Part shown: positions 46,864 to 57,018 of the stretch, piece after piece
Position numbering within the stretch: the first letter of the stretch is position 1
Layout: the number at the start of each line of letters is the position of its first letter
Assembly (NCBI GenBank): GCA_043821645.1
Contig: JBDRCO010000049.1
Location: 12,751 to 76,750, forward strand
Origin: Pseudomonadota bacterium
GTDB lineage: Bacteria; Myxococcota; JACRCW01; JAFGSX01
Direction: 5' to 3'
DNA: 64,000 nt
The notes under the pieces: model-generated
What the model was told of the DNA's origin: nothing
The model's input: the letters and a program-made list of their open reading frames with translations, nothing else
Databases searched by the model: none
Made by a program: the position numbers and the translations under genes

Positions 46864-48156
46864 TCAGATCACGGTACCCGCCGGGATCACGGTGTTGCCC
46901 GGGATCACCGTGATGCCGTCCCGGACGCAGAAGAGATCGCCATCGACATTGGCGCCATCAGGCTGGCGCCGGATGACCACGCCGTCGCCCAGGTGCACGT
47001 TCTTGTCCAGGATGACGCGCTCGAGCCGGCAATCGGGGCCAATGCCCAGGGGGACCATGTCGTCGTGCGCCACCACGATGTCCTCGGCCAGCTGGTCGCC
47101 CTCGTAAAAATCCGCGCCCAGCATGACCACCTCGCGCAGGTGCGAGCCCGGCCGGATCACGCTGCGCACGCCGATGACCGAGTCCGCGATCTCGGCGCCG
47201 TGGATGTCGGAGCCCTCGGCCAGCAGGCTGTCGACGATGGTCGAGCCCACCACGCGGCACGGTGCCAACGAGCGGGCATGGGTGAAGAATGGCCAGCCCG
47301 GCTGATACAGACTGAAGGGCGCCTCGGGCTGGGCCAGGGAGATGTTGGCGTCGAAGAAGTCGCGGATGGAACCGATGTCGCGCCAGTAGCCCGCGAACAG
47401 GTAGGCGTTGACGTTGAAGCGGCCCAGGGCCGAAGGGATGACCTCGCGTCCGAAGTCGATCTGGTTGCTGCTCGAGAGCAGTTCCGTGAGGACCTGGGGG
47501 CGGAACACGTAGATGCCCATGCTGGCCAGGAACAGGTCCTCGTGGGTGGCGTGTCCCGCCGCCCGACACAGGTCCACCGGCGCCTTGCAGGCTGCGATCA
47601 CGGCATCGTCCTTTGGTTTCTCGACGAAATCGTGCACGCGGCCCTTGTCTGTGGCGCGCAGGAGCCCCATCTGCGAGGCCGCGGTCCGATTGACCGGACA
47701 GGCGGCGAGGGTGATGTCCGCGTTGCTCTCGTCGTGAAACTGCAACAGCCGCCGGTAGTCCATGCGGTACAGGTGGTCGCCACTCAGGATCAGGGTCGCA
47801 TTGCTCTTGAAGTAGTGGATGTGGGGCAAGGTGCCGCGCACCGCGTCGGCCGTTCCTTGGTACCAGTTGCTTCGCTGGTTGGTCTGGGCCGCGGCCAGGA
47901 TGTCGATGAAGCCGTCGGAGAAGTGGTCAAAGGCATAGGTCTGCATGATGTGGCGGTGCAGGCTCACCGACGAGAACTGGGTGACCACGAACATCTTCTT
48001 GATGCCCGAATGGATGCAGTTGGACAGCGGCACGTCGATCAGACGGTACTTGCCTGCGAGGGCCACTGCGGGTTTGGCGCGATCGCGTGTCAGGGGGCGC
48101 AGACGCGTGCCCTGGCCGCCGCCGAGGATCACTGCACAGACCTTGTTCATCTCCAT
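46864..48156 (-). CDS. glgC: glucose-1-phosphate adenylyltransferase
   Basis: GGGQGTRLRPLTRDRAKPAV, WYQGTADAVR, SGDHLYRMDY, ASMGIYVF, YWRDIG. Confidence 0.96.
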   Translation of the reverse strand: MEMNKVCAVILGGGQGTRLRPLTRDRAKPAVALAGKYRLIDVPLSNCIHSGIKKMFVVTQFSSVSLHRHIMQTYAFDHFSDGFIDILAAAQTNQRSNWYQGTADAVRGTLPHIHYFKSNATLILSGDHLYRMDYRRLLQFHDESNADITLAACPVNRTAASQMGLLRATDKGRVHDFVEKPKDDAVIAACKAPVDLCRAAGHATHEDLFLASMGIYVFRPQVLTELLSSSNQIDFGREVIPSALGRFNVNAYLFAGYWRDIGSIRDFFDANISLAQPEAPFSLYQPGWPFFTHARSLAPCRVVGSTIVDSLLAEGSDIHGAEIADSVIGVRSVIRPGSHLREVVMLGADFYEGDQLAEDIVVAHDDMVPLGIGPDCRLERVILDKNVHLGDGVVIRRQPDGANVDGDLFCVRDGITVIPGNTVIPAGTVI

Positions 48157-48218
48157 GCGCTGCGACTCTCCAGGGCGCTGGCGGCTGTCAAATTCGCTTT
48201 GGGCCGTCTCGCGCCCGC

Positions 48219-51200
48219 TCAGGGTACCTCGTCGCATCCGAGGGAGAAAGGTGCGCTACGAGCCTGGTCGTCGATGTCCTGGAGATCGGCGAGGGCAAAA
48301 GGCCACCAGGCATCCACGGAAGGGATCCCGTTTGCATAGGTCGAATTGTCGTCGATATGCATGTGTGGACTGTCGATGAAGGACGGATCCCCGGTGCCCG
48401 TCGGCGCATAGCCGGGCAGAAGGGCGACGCCGGTCTCTTTGACGTCGAAAGTGCTGCAGGCGTTCCCTTCCTCCCGGGCATCCAGCACGTGGGTGCGCAG
48501 GCTCCAGGTGCCCTGGTTGGGTAGCCACAATGCGTTGTCCGTGGCGCTGGTCGGTTCCACCGCGAAGTTCTCGGCGCAGGTCTCCCAGAAGCCGTAGCGC
48601 CTGTCTCCCAGGCTCACCTCGACGATGTTGGCATGAAAGACTCCCACGTCTTGCCTCGACAGACTGCTGCCATCCTTCGAGCGTTGCAGCTCGACACCCA
48701 TCACCTGGGTACTACCAGTGGAGCCTCCACCGACGATGGTGTTGAAGAGGTAGCGCACGCCTTCTCCGACGGGGCCCTGGGCCTGCACGCCGCTGCATGC
48801 GTCTGCGGTTCCGCCGTGTATCCAGTTGCTGACGATGTAGGTCGCCGAGGTCGGGGTGCCCGTGGCGAAGTGTCCAGTTCCGGTCACGTGCAGACCCACC
48901 GAGCTGCTGCCAGCGACACCGGAACCAGCCTGGATCTGGTTGCGTTCGATGCGGCAGCCGGTGCAGGGCCCATCCAGCCACAGGCCCGAGCTGGTGCCGG
49001 TGGCGCTGGAGGTGGTCCCGGCGACCATGGCGCTATCCCGGATCGCGCAGGTCCGGCAGGCCGGTAACCACGCCGCTTCGCTGTTCTCCTTGCCGCCGGA
49101 GGAGCTCACCACGCAGTTCTCCATCAGCAAGGCCTCGGCTCCGGCGCTGCTCTCGAGCCACAATCCACGCCCTTCGCGTGCGGCGTCGCCACTGGAGATG
49201 TTCACGCTGCGGAGAGACAGCGTGTGAATCTCCGCTGCGCTGTTCACGTGCAGCCCCGTGCTGGTGGTCGCCGTGCTCGTGGCCGCAAGGGCGCCCCCCT
49301 CGATGGTGCCGCCGGCGAAGGACGAACCTGGATCGGGATCGATCAGCTCGGCACCGGCGCTGTGCGGAGATGCACCCGATCGGGCCACGAGGTCGGTGGA
49401 CGTGACGCGGCCGCCAACCAGGAGCAGGCCCTGGCTCGTCTCATACGCCGCCCCGCTCTCGGCCGTGGTCCGGGTGAGCGCCAGGGTGGCGTTCTCGACA
49501 TGAACACCGACGGCCGTGGACATCCGGTTCCCTGATGGGTCCGCAGGGGTGGTGATCGTACTGTCGAAGATGTTCAGCGCCGGGCAGCCTCCGACGGAGC
49601 TGTGATACCACAGGCCCTTGGCTTCGGTGGCGATCGCGGCACTGGCGTTCAGGAAGGCGATGCTGTGTGCACCGCCTGCGCTCGGGGGCACATCGCACTG
49701 CATTCTCACGGCAATGGATCGGGGACCGGCGGTGCCAGACAGGATCTGCACCGGGCTCCCGGCGATGCCCGAGATGCCCAGGCGTGCGTTCATGGACAGA
49801 AGGCCGTAGCTGGTGCCGGTCGAAGCGGAAGCTGGCCCGGCCTCGATCAGGGTGCCAGGGCCGATGGTCATGCTGACGTCGGCAGAGGTCGCAAACAGCC
49901 CGATGCTCAAATTTGTGGCTGTCCCCAGGTTACGGATCTGGCACTGGGACAGGTCCACGACGCCCCCACCCACCTCGAGACCCGTGACGTAGTCTGACGT
50001 GCCGTCGAGCGGACCCGCCGAAACCTGGCAGTCGTCCATGGTCAGGCTGACGGCGCCCGAGATCATGTGGACACCGGTGCTGACCAGCGTCCCGGTCGCG
50101 GTGACCTGGGTGCCGCTCTCGATCACGACGCTGGCACCGGAGTCCAGGAGCACCCCCGTCGCCGCTCTGGCCAGCGGATCTGCTGGTGCCGAGGTCCGCA
50201 CCTGCACGTTGATCAGGCCGACGCTGGCCAGATTGACGGCGCTGACTCCCAGACTGGTCGGGGAACTGGTGCCTAGACCCGGGTGCGCGTAGGCCTCGCC
50301 ACCTTCGACGACCCCGCCACTCACCTGGACCAAGAAGGCCCGGGTGATGCCCGTGGCCTCGGGGTCGCTGTCCGCAGCCAGGCCCACGACCGCTCCAGCG
50401 TGGCCGCCGCGCAACTCGTTGTCGACGAGCGTGGCACCACTGGAGAGGACGGCACCGAAGGCCCCCAGCGCCGCCGCTGCGCCGGTCACGCCGTGGATGG
50501 CGTTGCCGGTGAGCAGGGGTGGGTCCGAGTCTGACGTGCCCTCTATCCAGACTCCAACGTTGATCCCGGGAGCGTGGCGGTTCGCGTCGCCACCGGCGAT
50601 GCTCGGGTTGTCGACGATCTGCGGCGCTCCGCCGGCGATGGACAGGCCGATGCTGATGTCATCGTGCTGCGATCCGTCACCGCCCTCGCCGCCGAGCAAC
50701 GTGCAGCCCTCGACCGTGCTACGAGGACCCGCCTGGACCGCGTCGTCCGTCGCCAGAGCCACAGCCACGACGCTGCGGGCCTGTCCACCGATGGCCTGGC
50801 TCGCGATCAGGTGGACGCGTCCTCCACTGACCGCGAGGCCCACTGCCGACGTGGTGGCGAGGCCTCCCTCGACCAGGCTGTCCTGCACCCGCAGGTGGTG
50901 TGCGCTGCGGCTCGCCGTCGCGAGCAGGCCATAGCTCGCGCTGGTGGCGTTCGGCGCACCGTTGCCGAGCAGCCCACAGTCCTGGACCGTCGCCGAGCAG
51001 TTCGTGCTCAGAACCGCGGCTCGCCAGGCCACAGGAGGGTCCTCCGCGGGAGGCGCCACACCACGGATGTCACAGCCGCTCACCGTGACCATCCCCGTCA
51101 CGTGTACTCCGGTGATACCCCCGAAGTGCAGTGGGGTGCGTGTGACGGCGGGACTCACCTGCCAGCTCGCCGGGTCGTGGCGACAGAGCAGATCGATATC

Positions 51201-52316
51201 GCCGGTCACCACGGGCTGCGGCAGGTCGTAGGCCGATCCTGTGGTGGCGATGAGCAGTTGCGGGAGCACGGGCGCGCCCTCGGCCAGGATGTCGCGCAGC
51301 ATGCGCAAGCCCGTCGGGATGTCCGCGCAGGGGCGTTGCACGGCACCACAGCGTCCCAGGACGCTGGCCCCCGGATAGCTCGACAGGTTGCTGACGTGGG
51401 GTCCCCTCTCGTCCAGGAAAGCGATCGTGACCGGAATCGTCGCCGTCCCACCCACCCCGTCGTCGGCCAGGAGGTCGATGCGGGCGCTCGCACCCCAGCC
51501 TGGCATGACGCCGTCCGCTTTCGAGACGCTGTAGACGCAGACATTTGAAACTGAGACCTCGAGCCGGGGTTCGGCAGAGCTGGAGCAGGACAGGGTGTCG
51601 CCGTCGGCGTCGACCAGCTGGAACTGAACCGTCTCGTCCGGCCACATGCTCACGCTGCTCGGTCCCGTCAGCTCGGGGTCATGATTGCCCACGGTGATCA
51701 CAAGCTGCGCCTGGGCCTCTCCACCCCGCCCGTCGCGTGCGGTGACGCCAATGGTGATGGTGGTACCGCGCGGCAGTCCGGCCTCCACCAGCGTGAGGGT
51801 ACAGCCGCTGGAGGTGGCCGACAGTCCTGCAAGGGCAGGCCAGTCGAAGCTGCAACCCACGACATCGCCATCTTCGTCCTGGACCGTGGCCGTGACCGTG
51901 GTGGACCCCACGAACGGGTCAGCGCCGGCCCGCAAGGCAACGGTGGGGTCCTGGTTGACGCCCGCATCCTCGGTCGAGGCATCCTCACCGCCATCCAGGA
52001 TCTCGCCGTCGCTGCCCGAGGCATCTGCGGTCGTGTCGGCAGCGCCGAGATCCCCTGCGGCCAGATCCCGGGACCGGGTGTCCTGCGCTGCGCCATCGAT
52101 GACCCCGGCATCGCCGCTGGCGTCAGCCCAGATCGCGCTGTCCACGCTGGAGGCGTCCGGGGCGAACACGCAGAGCTGGAGGTGCTTGTCGCACATCGCG
52201 CTCCGCGGGCAGTCTGCGTCGCTGTCACAGGCTGTCCAGCTCAGCGGTGGGCGGCAGCCACCGAGAATCAATGCGCTCGCGAGAGCGAGTCCAATCCCTG
52301 TTTTCCACAGCGCCAT
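48219..52316 (-). CDS. large surface lipoprotein: Cys module, cadherin/Ig-like domains, long beta-helix
   Basis: LGGC lipobox; CDSDADC module; DEDGD/DADGD Ig-like domains; about 25 G..SxG(L/V) coils; C-terminal DIDDQAR...LGCDE. Confidence 0.85.
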   Translation of the reverse strand: MALWKTGIGLALASALILGGCRPPLSWTACDSDADCPRSAMCDKHLQLCVFAPDASSVDSAIWADASGDAGVIDGAAQDTRSRDLAAGDLGAADTTADASGSDGEILDGGEDASTEDAGVNQDPTVALRAGADPFVGSTTVTATVQDEDGDVVGCSFDWPALAGLSATSSGCTLTLVEAGLPRGTTITIGVTARDGRGGEAQAQLVITVGNHDPELTGPSSVSMWPDETVQFQLVDADGDTLSCSSSAEPRLEVSVSNVCVYSVSKADGVMPGWGASARIDLLADDGVGGTATIPVTIAFLDERGPHVSNLSSYPGASVLGRCGAVQRPCADIPTGLRMLRDILAEGAPVLPQLLIATTGSAYDLPQPVVTGDIDLLCRHDPASWQVSPAVTRTPLHFGGITGVHVTGMVTVSGCDIRGVAPPAEDPPVAWRAAVLSTNCSATVQDCGLLGNGAPNATSASYGLLATASRSAHHLRVQDSLVEGGLATTSAVGLAVSGGRVHLIASQAIGGQARSVVAVALATDDAVQAGPRSTVEGCTLLGGEGGDGSQHDDISIGLSIAGGAPQIVDNPSIAGGDANRHAPGINVGVWIEGTSDSDPPLLTGNAIHGVTGAAAALGAFGAVLSSGATLVDNELRGGHAGAVVGLAADSDPEATGITRAFLVQVSGGVVEGGEAYAHPGLGTSSPTSLGVSAVNLASVGLINVQVRTSAPADPLARAATGVLLDSGASVVIESGTQVTATGTLVSTGVHMISGAVSLTMDDCQVSAGPLDGTSDYVTGLEVGGGVVDLSQCQIRNLGTATNLSIGLFATSADVSMTIGPGTLIEAGPASASTGTSYGLLSMNARLGISGIAGSPVQILSGTAGPRSIAVRMQCDVPPSAGGAHSIAFLNASAAIATEAKGLWYHSSVGGCPALNIFDSTITTPADPSGNRMSTAVGVHVENATLALTRTTAESGAAYETSQGLLLVGGRVTSTDLVARSGASPHSAGAELIDPDPGSSFAGGTIEGGALAATSTATTSTGLHVNSAAEIHTLSLRSVNISSGDAAREGRGLWLESSAGAEALLMENCVVSSSGGKENSEAAWLPACRTCAIRDSAMVAGTTSSATGTSSGLWLDGPCTGCRIERNQIQAGSGVAGSSSVGLHVTGTGHFATGTPTSATYIVSNWIHGGTADACSGVQAQGPVGEGVRYLFNTIVGGGSTGSTQVMGVELQRSKDGSSLSRQDVGVFHANIVEVSLGDRRYGFWETCAENFAVEPTSATDNALWLPNQGTWSLRTHVLDAREEGNACSTFDVKETGVALLPGYAPTGTGDPSFIDSPHMHIDDNSTYANGIPSVDAWWPFALADLQDIDDQARSAPFSLGCDEVP

Positions 52317-52506
52317 GCATCTCCCTGGGCAGGTTCCAGAGACCAGCAAGTATAGCCTGGAAGCTGGGTGCGATCGCTCATCGGACCGGGGTTGCCGGGC
52401 ACGTGCCCGGCCTGGCATGCTGCGCCGACCTGTGCGCGGCGGCCCTGGTTCGTCATCGTGCCGCGCGCGGTGAATGTCGCGCACCTGCTGGCGTCGACAC
52501 ATCAGG

Positions 52507-53844
52507 ATGCCCATGCTGCGATCGATCAAGGGGATGAACGACGTGCTGCCTGCCCAGGTCGGGCTGTGGCGCCACGTCGAGGATTGCGCCCGCGGGGTGG
52601 CGGAGCGCTTTGGCTATAGCGAGATCCGGACTCCGCTGCTCGAGCACAGCGAGCTGTTCTCCCGCGGGGTGGGCGAGGCCACCGACATCGTCGAGAAAGA
52701 GATGTACGCCTTCGCTGATCGGGGCGGTGAACACCTGGCCCTGCGCCCCGAGGGGACGGCCGGGGTGGTACGTGCCTACATCGAGCACAGCCTGCACCAG
52801 GCCGATCCAGAGACGCGTCTGTACTACCTGGGCCCCATGTACCGCCGCGAGCGCCCGCAGAAGGGGCGTTTCAGGCAGTTTCACCAGTTCGGGGTCGAGG
52901 TCTTTGGTGTGGCAGCCCCGGAGATCGACGCCGAGGTCATGGCCATGCTCCATCTGTTCCTCACCGAGGTGGGCATTGGCGACGTCGTTCTCGAGGTCAA
53001 TTGCCTGGGGGATGCCGACGACAGACCGCGCTACCTCGAGGCCCTGACCCGCTTCCTGGGGTCGCACCGCGAAGCGCTGTGCGGGGATTGCCAGCGCCGG
53101 CTCGACCGCGCACCACTGCGCGTCCTCGACTGCAAGGTCGAGGGCTGTCGCTCCATCCTCGCAGACGCCCCTTTGGTCGTGGATCATCTCGGCGAGGCGA
53201 GCCGCACCCACTTCGACGGCGTGCAGCGCTCCCTGGACCGTCTGGGCGTCCCGCACCGCGTCAATCCGCGCGTGGTACGGGGCCTCGACTACTACACGCG
53301 CACCGTGTTCGAGGCGGTGGCCTCGGGCCTGGGCAGCCAGAACGCGATCTGCGGCGGTGGCCGCTACGACAGGCTGGTCGAGCAGCTCGGCGGGCCAGCC
53401 ATGCCTGCGGTCGGCTACGCCCAGGGCATCGAACGTCTCGTCATGTTGCTCGAGGGCCGAACTCAGGTGCCTGCGCACGGATTCAAGGTGGCCCTCATCC
53501 CGACCGGCGAGGCCGAGCGCGCCCGCTGCGAGATCTTGGCCCTTCAGCTGCGGCGGGCGGGCATCACGTGTATCCTGGACCTGACCGGACGCAGCGTGAA
53601 GGCACAGCTGCGGCGCTCCAACCGAGTACAGGCCGACCTGGCCGTGGTGCTGGGCGAGACCGAGCTTCGCGAGGGCGAGGTGGAGCTGAAGATGCTGCGC
53701 GGGGCCGGAGCAGCGGAGCGCGTGAAGCTGGAACAGCTGGTCAAGGTGGTGCAGCAGCGCGCCGCAATGACCGACCGCGGCGGAGTCGAGGACAGCGCGT
53801 CGCCCGGGGACGCTCACCGGGGGCATGAGGAGCCGACAGGATGA
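52507..53844 (+). CDS. hisS: histidyl-tRNA synthetase
   Basis: LRPEGTA, RRERPQKGRFRQFHQ, VRGLDYY, GGGRYD. Confidence 0.98.
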   Translation: MPMLRSIKGMNDVLPAQVGLWRHVEDCARGVAERFGYSEIRTPLLEHSELFSRGVGEATDIVEKEMYAFADRGGEHLALRPEGTAGVVRAYIEHSLHQADPETRLYYLGPMYRRERPQKGRFRQFHQFGVEVFGVAAPEIDAEVMAMLHLFLTEVGIGDVVLEVNCLGDADDRPRYLEALTRFLGSHREALCGDCQRRLDRAPLRVLDCKVEGCRSILADAPLVVDHLGEASRTHFDGVQRSLDRLGVPHRVNPRVVRGLDYYTRTVFEAVASGLGSQNAICGGGRYDRLVEQLGGPAMPAVGYAQGIERLVMLLEGRTQVPAHGFKVALIPTGEAERARCEILALQLRRAGITCILDLTGRSVKAQLRRSNRVQADLAVVLGETELREGEVELKMLRGAGAAERVKLEQLVKVVQQRAAMTDRGGVEDSASPGDAHRGHEEPTG

Positions 53845-54461
53845 GTACTCGTCACAGGTTTCTGTACGCGATCCCGGCGTTGCTAGCGGCCGGTCTCACC
53901 ACCGGGGCCACCATCCCCACAGGGGCCGCAGCGGAGCAGTTCACGCTCAAGGTCGTCAACGTGGACACCGTCGAGCAGCGTATCTTCTCGCTGGGCCACC
54001 TGGTCGGTGACTCCCCCAAGACACCGAAGAAGCTCGTGGTGCTGAGCTTCTTCGCGACCTACTGCGAGCCGTACAAGCGCGAGCTGCCGCTGCTGCAGGC
54101 GCTGTACACCCGCTACGCCGACCAGGGGCTGGGGGTGCTGGTGGTCAGCATCGACAAGGACAAGGATGTACCGGGAGGAGCGGCCGCCGCGGTGGACGCC
54201 CTGGCCAAGGAGCATGGCCTGAGCTTTCCCGTGCTGCACGACCGGTTCAACATCGTGGCCAAGCGCTACGGGGTCGAGAAGCTGCCCTGCCTGTATCTGA
54301 TCGATGGCGCGGGCCAGGTCGCCCTCACCAATGTTGGCTACACTGATGATTTTTCTGAGACTTTGACCAAGGAAGTGCAGACTCGCCTGGGCGTCCCGGT
54401 GGAGCCCATTGCCCATGGATCCACTGCCGTGGGTCCGAAAGTGAAGAAAAAGCACCCCTGA
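53841..54461 (+). CDS. TlpA/ResA-like thioredoxin-fold protein (CxxY)
   Basis: VVLSFFATYCEPYKRELP, VSID, FPVLHD, LPCLYLID. Confidence 0.85.
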   Translation: MSTRHRFLYAIPALLAAGLTTGATIPTGAAAEQFTLKVVNVDTVEQRIFSLGHLVGDSPKTPKKLVVLSFFATYCEPYKRELPLLQALYTRYADQGLGVLVVSIDKDKDVPGGAAAAVDALAKEHGLSFPVLHDRFNIVAKRYGVEKLPCLYLIDGAGQVALTNVGYTDDFSETLTKEVQTRLGVPVEPIAHGSTAVGPKVKKKHP

Positions 54462-54505
54462 TGCGTCTACAATGTCCGTAGCGCTGCGCGCAGGTGGAGG
54501 GAAAC

Positions 54506-54991
54506 ATGATCGCACGTAGTCTGACCGTTCTCGGGATGCTGCTGCTGACCACACTGGCCCTGGCTGCACCGCCCAAGAAGATCTTCGTGTCCAACCTCAA
54601 GCCTCGCAACGTGGACGCTGCGGTGACCAGCGCGATCGATGGCGCGGTTTGCAACGCAGTGCATCAGGACAAGCGCTTCACTGCGGTGTGCCCGGACGAG
54701 GTCAAGGCGGTGATGGCCTATGACGCGCTGGGCGGGATGCTCGGCGGTGCCCAGAAGTGTGAGGGGGATGACTGCACCGAGCGGCTGGCCAAGAGTGCCC
54801 AGGCCGACGCCATCGTCGCAGGCAGCGTGGCCAAGCTGGCCGAGAAGAAGTTCGTGGTGACGCTAGAGATGATCTCCACGGTCGACGGCAAGAACTTGGG
54901 TCGCGTCGAGGAACAGGTGGCAGGCGGCGAGGATGTGCTCTACGAGCGCACGCGCGGCGCCGTGACCAAGCTGCTTGCCAGCATCAAGTAG
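54506..54991 (+). CDS. secreted CsgG/TolB-N-like alpha/beta domain protein
   Basis: Signal peptide; CEGDDC; ADAIVAGSV; similar to the PEGA protein N-terminus. Confidence 0.65.
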   Translation: MIARSLTVLGMLLLTTLALAAPPKKIFVSNLKPRNVDAAVTSAIDGAVCNAVHQDKRFTAVCPDEVKAVMAYDALGGMLGGAQKCEGDDCTERLAKSAQADAIVAGSVAKLAEKKFVVTLEMISTVDGKNLGRVEEQVAGGEDVLYERTRGAVTKLLASIK

Positions 54992-56090
54992 GTCCGGCCT
55001 GGCCAGGCTGGGTCCCTGACCTTGGCGTAGCTCCGATCCCGAGCACCCGCTCCGCATTGCGCAGGTAGATCGCCTCCAGCACATCCGCACCCAGCCCGAG
55101 CCCCTGCAGCACTGCAGGTCCGTGCAGCGGGATGGGATTGGGGACCTCGGGATCCAGGGTCTCGAAGAAGCGGAAGTGCCGCGTGTAGTAGGCGCGCGCC
55201 TCCTCGGGCTCGATGGCGCGCTGGGCGGGCGAGCCCAGGGTCCAGCCTCGTTCGTCGACGTCCAGTCCGCTACCAAACAGGATGCGCTGCCTGTGCTTGC
55301 GAAAGAACGCCCGCACCCTGTCCACGGGCTGGCCGGCGAGGTCGCTCAGCGCGGTGGCGGTGTCGACCATCGCATTGGGGAAGGCATCGAGCAGGGCGTC
55401 CACACCGGCGACGTCGTCAGGGCTGCTGGCCAGGCCCATGCAGACGAAGGTGGTGCGTGGGTGTCGGGACAGCACCATGTCGCGCTGGGCCAGCAGGTCC
55501 TGGCGCCGGGGGAAGCGTGCGTCGCCCATGGCGAGTGCCGGGATCCGCTGGATCTCCGCCCGCCGTTTATTGTGGCGGTCCACCGGCTCGAAGTAGGGCG
55601 CGGGGTCCGCGGTGTGCAAGAACACGGGCACCTGCAGCTCGGCGGCCTTGGCCCACAAGGGGTCCAGACGGGGATCGTCGACCGCAAGCAGCTTGCCATC
55701 ACGGGTTGCCACGCCGAGCCCCAGCGCCTTGTCCACGACCAGGCCACGCGCCCCCAGGGCCACGGCACGCTCGAGCTGACGAGCGGCACGGGTGCCGAAG
55801 TCCGCAGCATCCACATCGCGCCAGTCCACGCTCGTGAACACAAGGATACGTCCGCGCGACAGCTCCCCCAGCTCGACCAGGGTCGCCAGCACCTCACCCG
55901 GCGGGCCGCCGTCGAGGTTGATGGCGCGCACCAGGGACAGCTGCGGCATCAGGCGCAGCATGGCGTCGTAGGCATAGGGATGCAGTCGCACATCCACGTC
56001 GATGCGAGGCAGCGTGGGCTCCGCAGAGCCGCGGGTACAGGCCAGGGCCAGCGGCAACAGCAGGCCTGCGGTGAGCGCGGGGCGATGCAT
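54984..56090 (-). CDS. amidohydrolase-2 fold lipoprotein with degenerate metal site
   Basis: DDPRLDPLW..AAEL..PVFLHTADP, RILFGS, IY.RNAER; LALAC lipobox. Confidence 0.8.
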   Translation of the reverse strand: MHRPALTAGLLLPLALACTRGSAEPTLPRIDVDVRLHPYAYDAMLRLMPQLSLVRAINLDGGPPGEVLATLVELGELSRGRILVFTSVDWRDVDAADFGTRAARQLERAVALGARGLVVDKALGLGVATRDGKLLAVDDPRLDPLWAKAAELQVPVFLHTADPAPYFEPVDRHNKRRAEIQRIPALAMGDARFPRRQDLLAQRDMVLSRHPRTTFVCMGLASSPDDVAGVDALLDAFPNAMVDTATALSDLAGQPVDRVRAFFRKHRQRILFGSGLDVDERGWTLGSPAQRAIEPEEARAYYTRHFRFFETLDPEVPNPIPLHGPAVLQGLGLGADVLEAIYLRNAERVLGIGATPRSGTQPGQAGPT

Positions 56091-56174
56091 CGCAGAGCAG
56101 TACCACGCCAGACGCGCCGTCCGTCAAGTGTGCCGTCGCTTGCCAGGTCCGGCGGTCTTCGATGAACTATCCCC

Positions 56175-56948
56175 ATGCCGCGGAGCAAACCACCTTCGTC
56201 ACCGAGGGGCCCGTCACGAGGCCGCCCCGGGTCCTTTGACAAGCCCGCATTACAGCTCCAGGTTACGACGCTGTGGGAGTACCCGTCGCAGCACTACGGA
56301 GAGGGTCTGCAGGGGGATCCTAACTACCGGGGGGCCACGCCGAGCCACGTCCTGTGGAACCTGCTGCAGCGCTACACGCAGCCCAAGCAGCTGGTCGTCG
56401 ATCCCATGGCAGGTAGTGGCACCACTCTCGACGTGGCACGGGACCTGGGAAGGCGGGCCCTGGGTTACGACCTGCAGCCGACCCGCAAGGACATCTTCAA
56501 AGTTGATGCCCGGCACCTGCCACCGGAGCTGAGCAGCAAGGTCGACTTTGCCTTCGTCGACCCTCCATACTCGACGCACATCACCTACTCCGACGATCCG
56601 CGGTGCATCGGAAAGCTCGATGCGGCAGGCAGCGCCTACTACGAGGCCATGGACCAGGTCTTTGCAGAGCTGCACCGCATCCTCAAGCCCGAGCGCCATC
56701 TCGCAGTGTACGTCAGCGACTCCTTCGTCAAGGGCAAGGGTTTCTATCCCATCGGCTTCGAACTCTTTGCCCGGCTGCAAACACGCTTCGAGCCCGTCGA
56801 TATCGTGACCGTGGTGCGCCACAACCGGACGCTGCAGATGGGCAATTACCGGCGCGCAGCCGAGGAGGGGAACTACTTCCTGCGGGGCTTCAACTACCTG
56901 CTGATCGTCCGCAAGCCCAGGGCGGCGAGAAACCCGGGAGCAGCCTGA
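56175..56948 (+). CDS. amino-methyltransferase (N4/N6 DNA methylase family)
   Basis: Motif [10 protein letters not shown], motif IV DPPY, LHRILKP. Confidence 0.85.
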   Translation: MPRSKPPSSPRGPSRGRPGSFDKPALQLQVTTLWEYPSQHYGEGLQGDPNYRGATPSHVLWNLLQRYTQPKQLVVDPMAGSGTTLDVARDLGRRALGYDLQPTRKDIFKVDARHLPPELSSKVDFAFVDPPYSTHITYSDDPRCIGKLDAAGSAYYEAMDQVFAELHRILKPERHLAVYVSDSFVKGKGFYPIGFELFARLQTRFEPVDIVTVVRHNRTLQMGNYRRAAEEGNYFLRGFNYLLIVRKPRAARNPGAA

Positions 56949-56958
56949 GGAGTGCCCC

Positions 56959-56987
56959 TTGCACCTCGGGGACCCGGTGCTTAGCTT
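56959..56987 (+). promoter_or_regulatory. candidate promoter of hslVU
   Basis: TTGCAC-17 bp-TAGCTT. Confidence 0.5.
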
Positions 56988-57018
56988 GCAGTTTCTGTCC
57001 ATCTTCGACGAGGGCAAC

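Noticed and set aside
46858..46869. cinA-like gene and glgC stops abut with no gap (TGATCA)
   Set aside because: Tight convergent packing is common in this window; no further signal
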